Source of the DNA: Paraspadella gotoi
Taxonomy: Eukaryota > Animalia > Chaetognatha
Assembly (NCBI GenBank): GCA_051294375.1
Contig: JBJCIZ010000951.1
Coordinates: forward strand, 1-9,554
Direction of reading: 5' to 3'
DNA length: 9,554 nt
The position numbers and the translations under genes were made by a program. The notes under the pieces are model-generated. The model was not told the DNA's origin. It saw only the letters and a program-made list of their open reading frames with translations, and did not search any database. The number at the start of each line of letters is the position of its first letter. The first letter of the stretch is position 1. Below are positions 8,254 to 9,554 of the stretch, in pieces.

Positions 8254-8481
8254 CTTATTCCCGAAAATATTTGGGTTGTAATATTGGTAATTTGGTTTGT
8301 ACAATTCATAAGCGTTTGCGACCAACCTTTTTCAACTGTGCGAAGCTGTGCCCAACGGCTCCTTTCGCTTAAGCAAGTTCCAGTCTTGTTCTCTCAGCGC
8401 AGCTGATTCGGTCGCCGTTATAAAAGTGGAAGACGACGACGACGACGACCAAGATGCCGGTTCAAGATTGTTGATTTCATT
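8254..8481 (-). other. Exon-like segment with one in-frame TGA (pseudogene, UTR/lncRNA exon or recoded exon)
   Basis: Reads NEINNLEPASWSSSSSSSTFITATESAALREQDWNLLKRKEPLGTASHS*KRLVANAYELYKPNYQYYNPNIFGNK, then AAG|GTAAAC donor. TGA at 8334-8332. Confidence 0.3.
8432..8449. repeat. (GAC)6 microsatellite
   Basis: Read directly. Confidence 0.9.
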
Positions 8482-8691
8482 CTTTTAATCTTTAGACTTT
8501 TTCTTTTTTTTGTTTTAAACAACGGTTAATTTTTTTAAAAGTTAAAATAAAAAAATCGACACGCGATAGGATAGAAAAAACGCCTGTTTCTCGCTCTCGC
8601 TCGTTGTTGTGAGATCTCTTTATAATTTATGAGAATTAGCGTTAATTGTTTAACCTAGAGTTCTTTTAGTACCAAGTGGGGCTAAGGCGTG

Positions 8692-8842
8692 GCGCCGTTA
8701 GATATTGTGAAGTGATTACTGCGTAAATAAAAACGAAAACATGCAACTACAAATAATATAATGATAATACTTTTTCTATTTGGTATTTTAATTGTTCTTT
8801 ATCATATTATAAGAATACAATCTAAATACGTTCTAACGGCGC
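8692..8842. repeat. 11-bp perfect inverted repeat around an AT-rich core; possible eroded small MITE
   Basis: GCGCCGTTAGA (8692-8702) / TCTAACGGCGC (8832-8842). No TSD seen. Confidence 0.45.
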
Positions 8843-9367
8843 AGCAGGCAATCTTATTAGATTTCTGGTATTTATTTGTTTGTTGACCTTATGGTCAGTG
8901 GGCTAGCAATTACGCTGGCATTGTATTTCTTTGCTGTTTTATCTCCATTGATATAGTATAAAATAGTCAAATTTTTTGAACACGATTGGCTTAAAGAAAT
9001 AGCTAGATTTTTACTGCAGGCTTACTTGTATTATTACATGAGTGAAATTATTTATCTATAGAGTCAATAATAGCATGATTTTGTTTACTCATTATTTTAC
9101 TATCTATGTCAAGGCGTACAACAGGAAACCTCTACCACACTAATGACCATGATTGGAAAAAAAAAGGTGCTGATACTTTCCAGTTATATTTTCCGGCCAT
9201 TTTACATGTAAGAATTAGAAATAGCTGCCTCTCGCGAGGAATCTTTTAGTTTTTGACATACGATTTTATTTTATGTAAAACACGACATTGTATTCGGGCT
9301 TCATTGTCAAGTCCTTTTCATCAGCGTTAATGTGAATTACTGGCGAACAAATTAATTTGGTTAAAAG

Positions 9368-9417
9368 GAGACGAGAAAGAGACGAAAACAGAGACGAGAG
9401 GAGAGAGAGAGAGAAGA
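9368..9417. repeat. GA-rich tract with GAGACGA repeats and (GA)n
   Basis: gagacgagaaagagacgaaaacagagacgagaggagagagagagagaaga. Confidence 0.75.
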
Positions 9418-9554
9418 CCAAAGGGCAAAGTTTCTAACACAGAGAATGGTTTAAAAAGGACTGGTCAATGGTGTGGGACAGGGCTGACAGTTTGAGATAA
9501 AAGACACGAAGTAAGTGCTGAAAAGAAGGAAATGGTGGTGAATTCTTCTCTCTT

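Overview
AT-rich, repeat-dense DNA that looks eukaryotic, probably an invertebrate animal (GT/AG splice-like signals, Tc1/hAT-type non-autonomous transposons, microsatellites, no operon-like organisation). I recognise no intact protein-coding gene and no tRNA, rRNA or CRISPR array, and none of the listed ORFs is convincing. Well-supported content: two adjacent fold-back non-autonomous DNA transposons (997-2171 with CAC termini; 2442-3336 with a TA target-site duplication), a (GGCTCC)n hAT-like element end (557-694), a ~190-200 bp diverged direct repeat (2204-2394 and 4946-5145), a degenerate minisatellite (5295-5650) and several microsatellites. Main leads: the duplicated ~200 bp unit keeps a possible pseudoknot in both copies; CpG-rich islands (28-146, 464-538, 7927-8150) fold by eye into compact structures; and a chain of minus-strand exon-like segments splices in phase, interrupted only by TGA codons. 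All folding and splicing was done by eye and needs computational testing.
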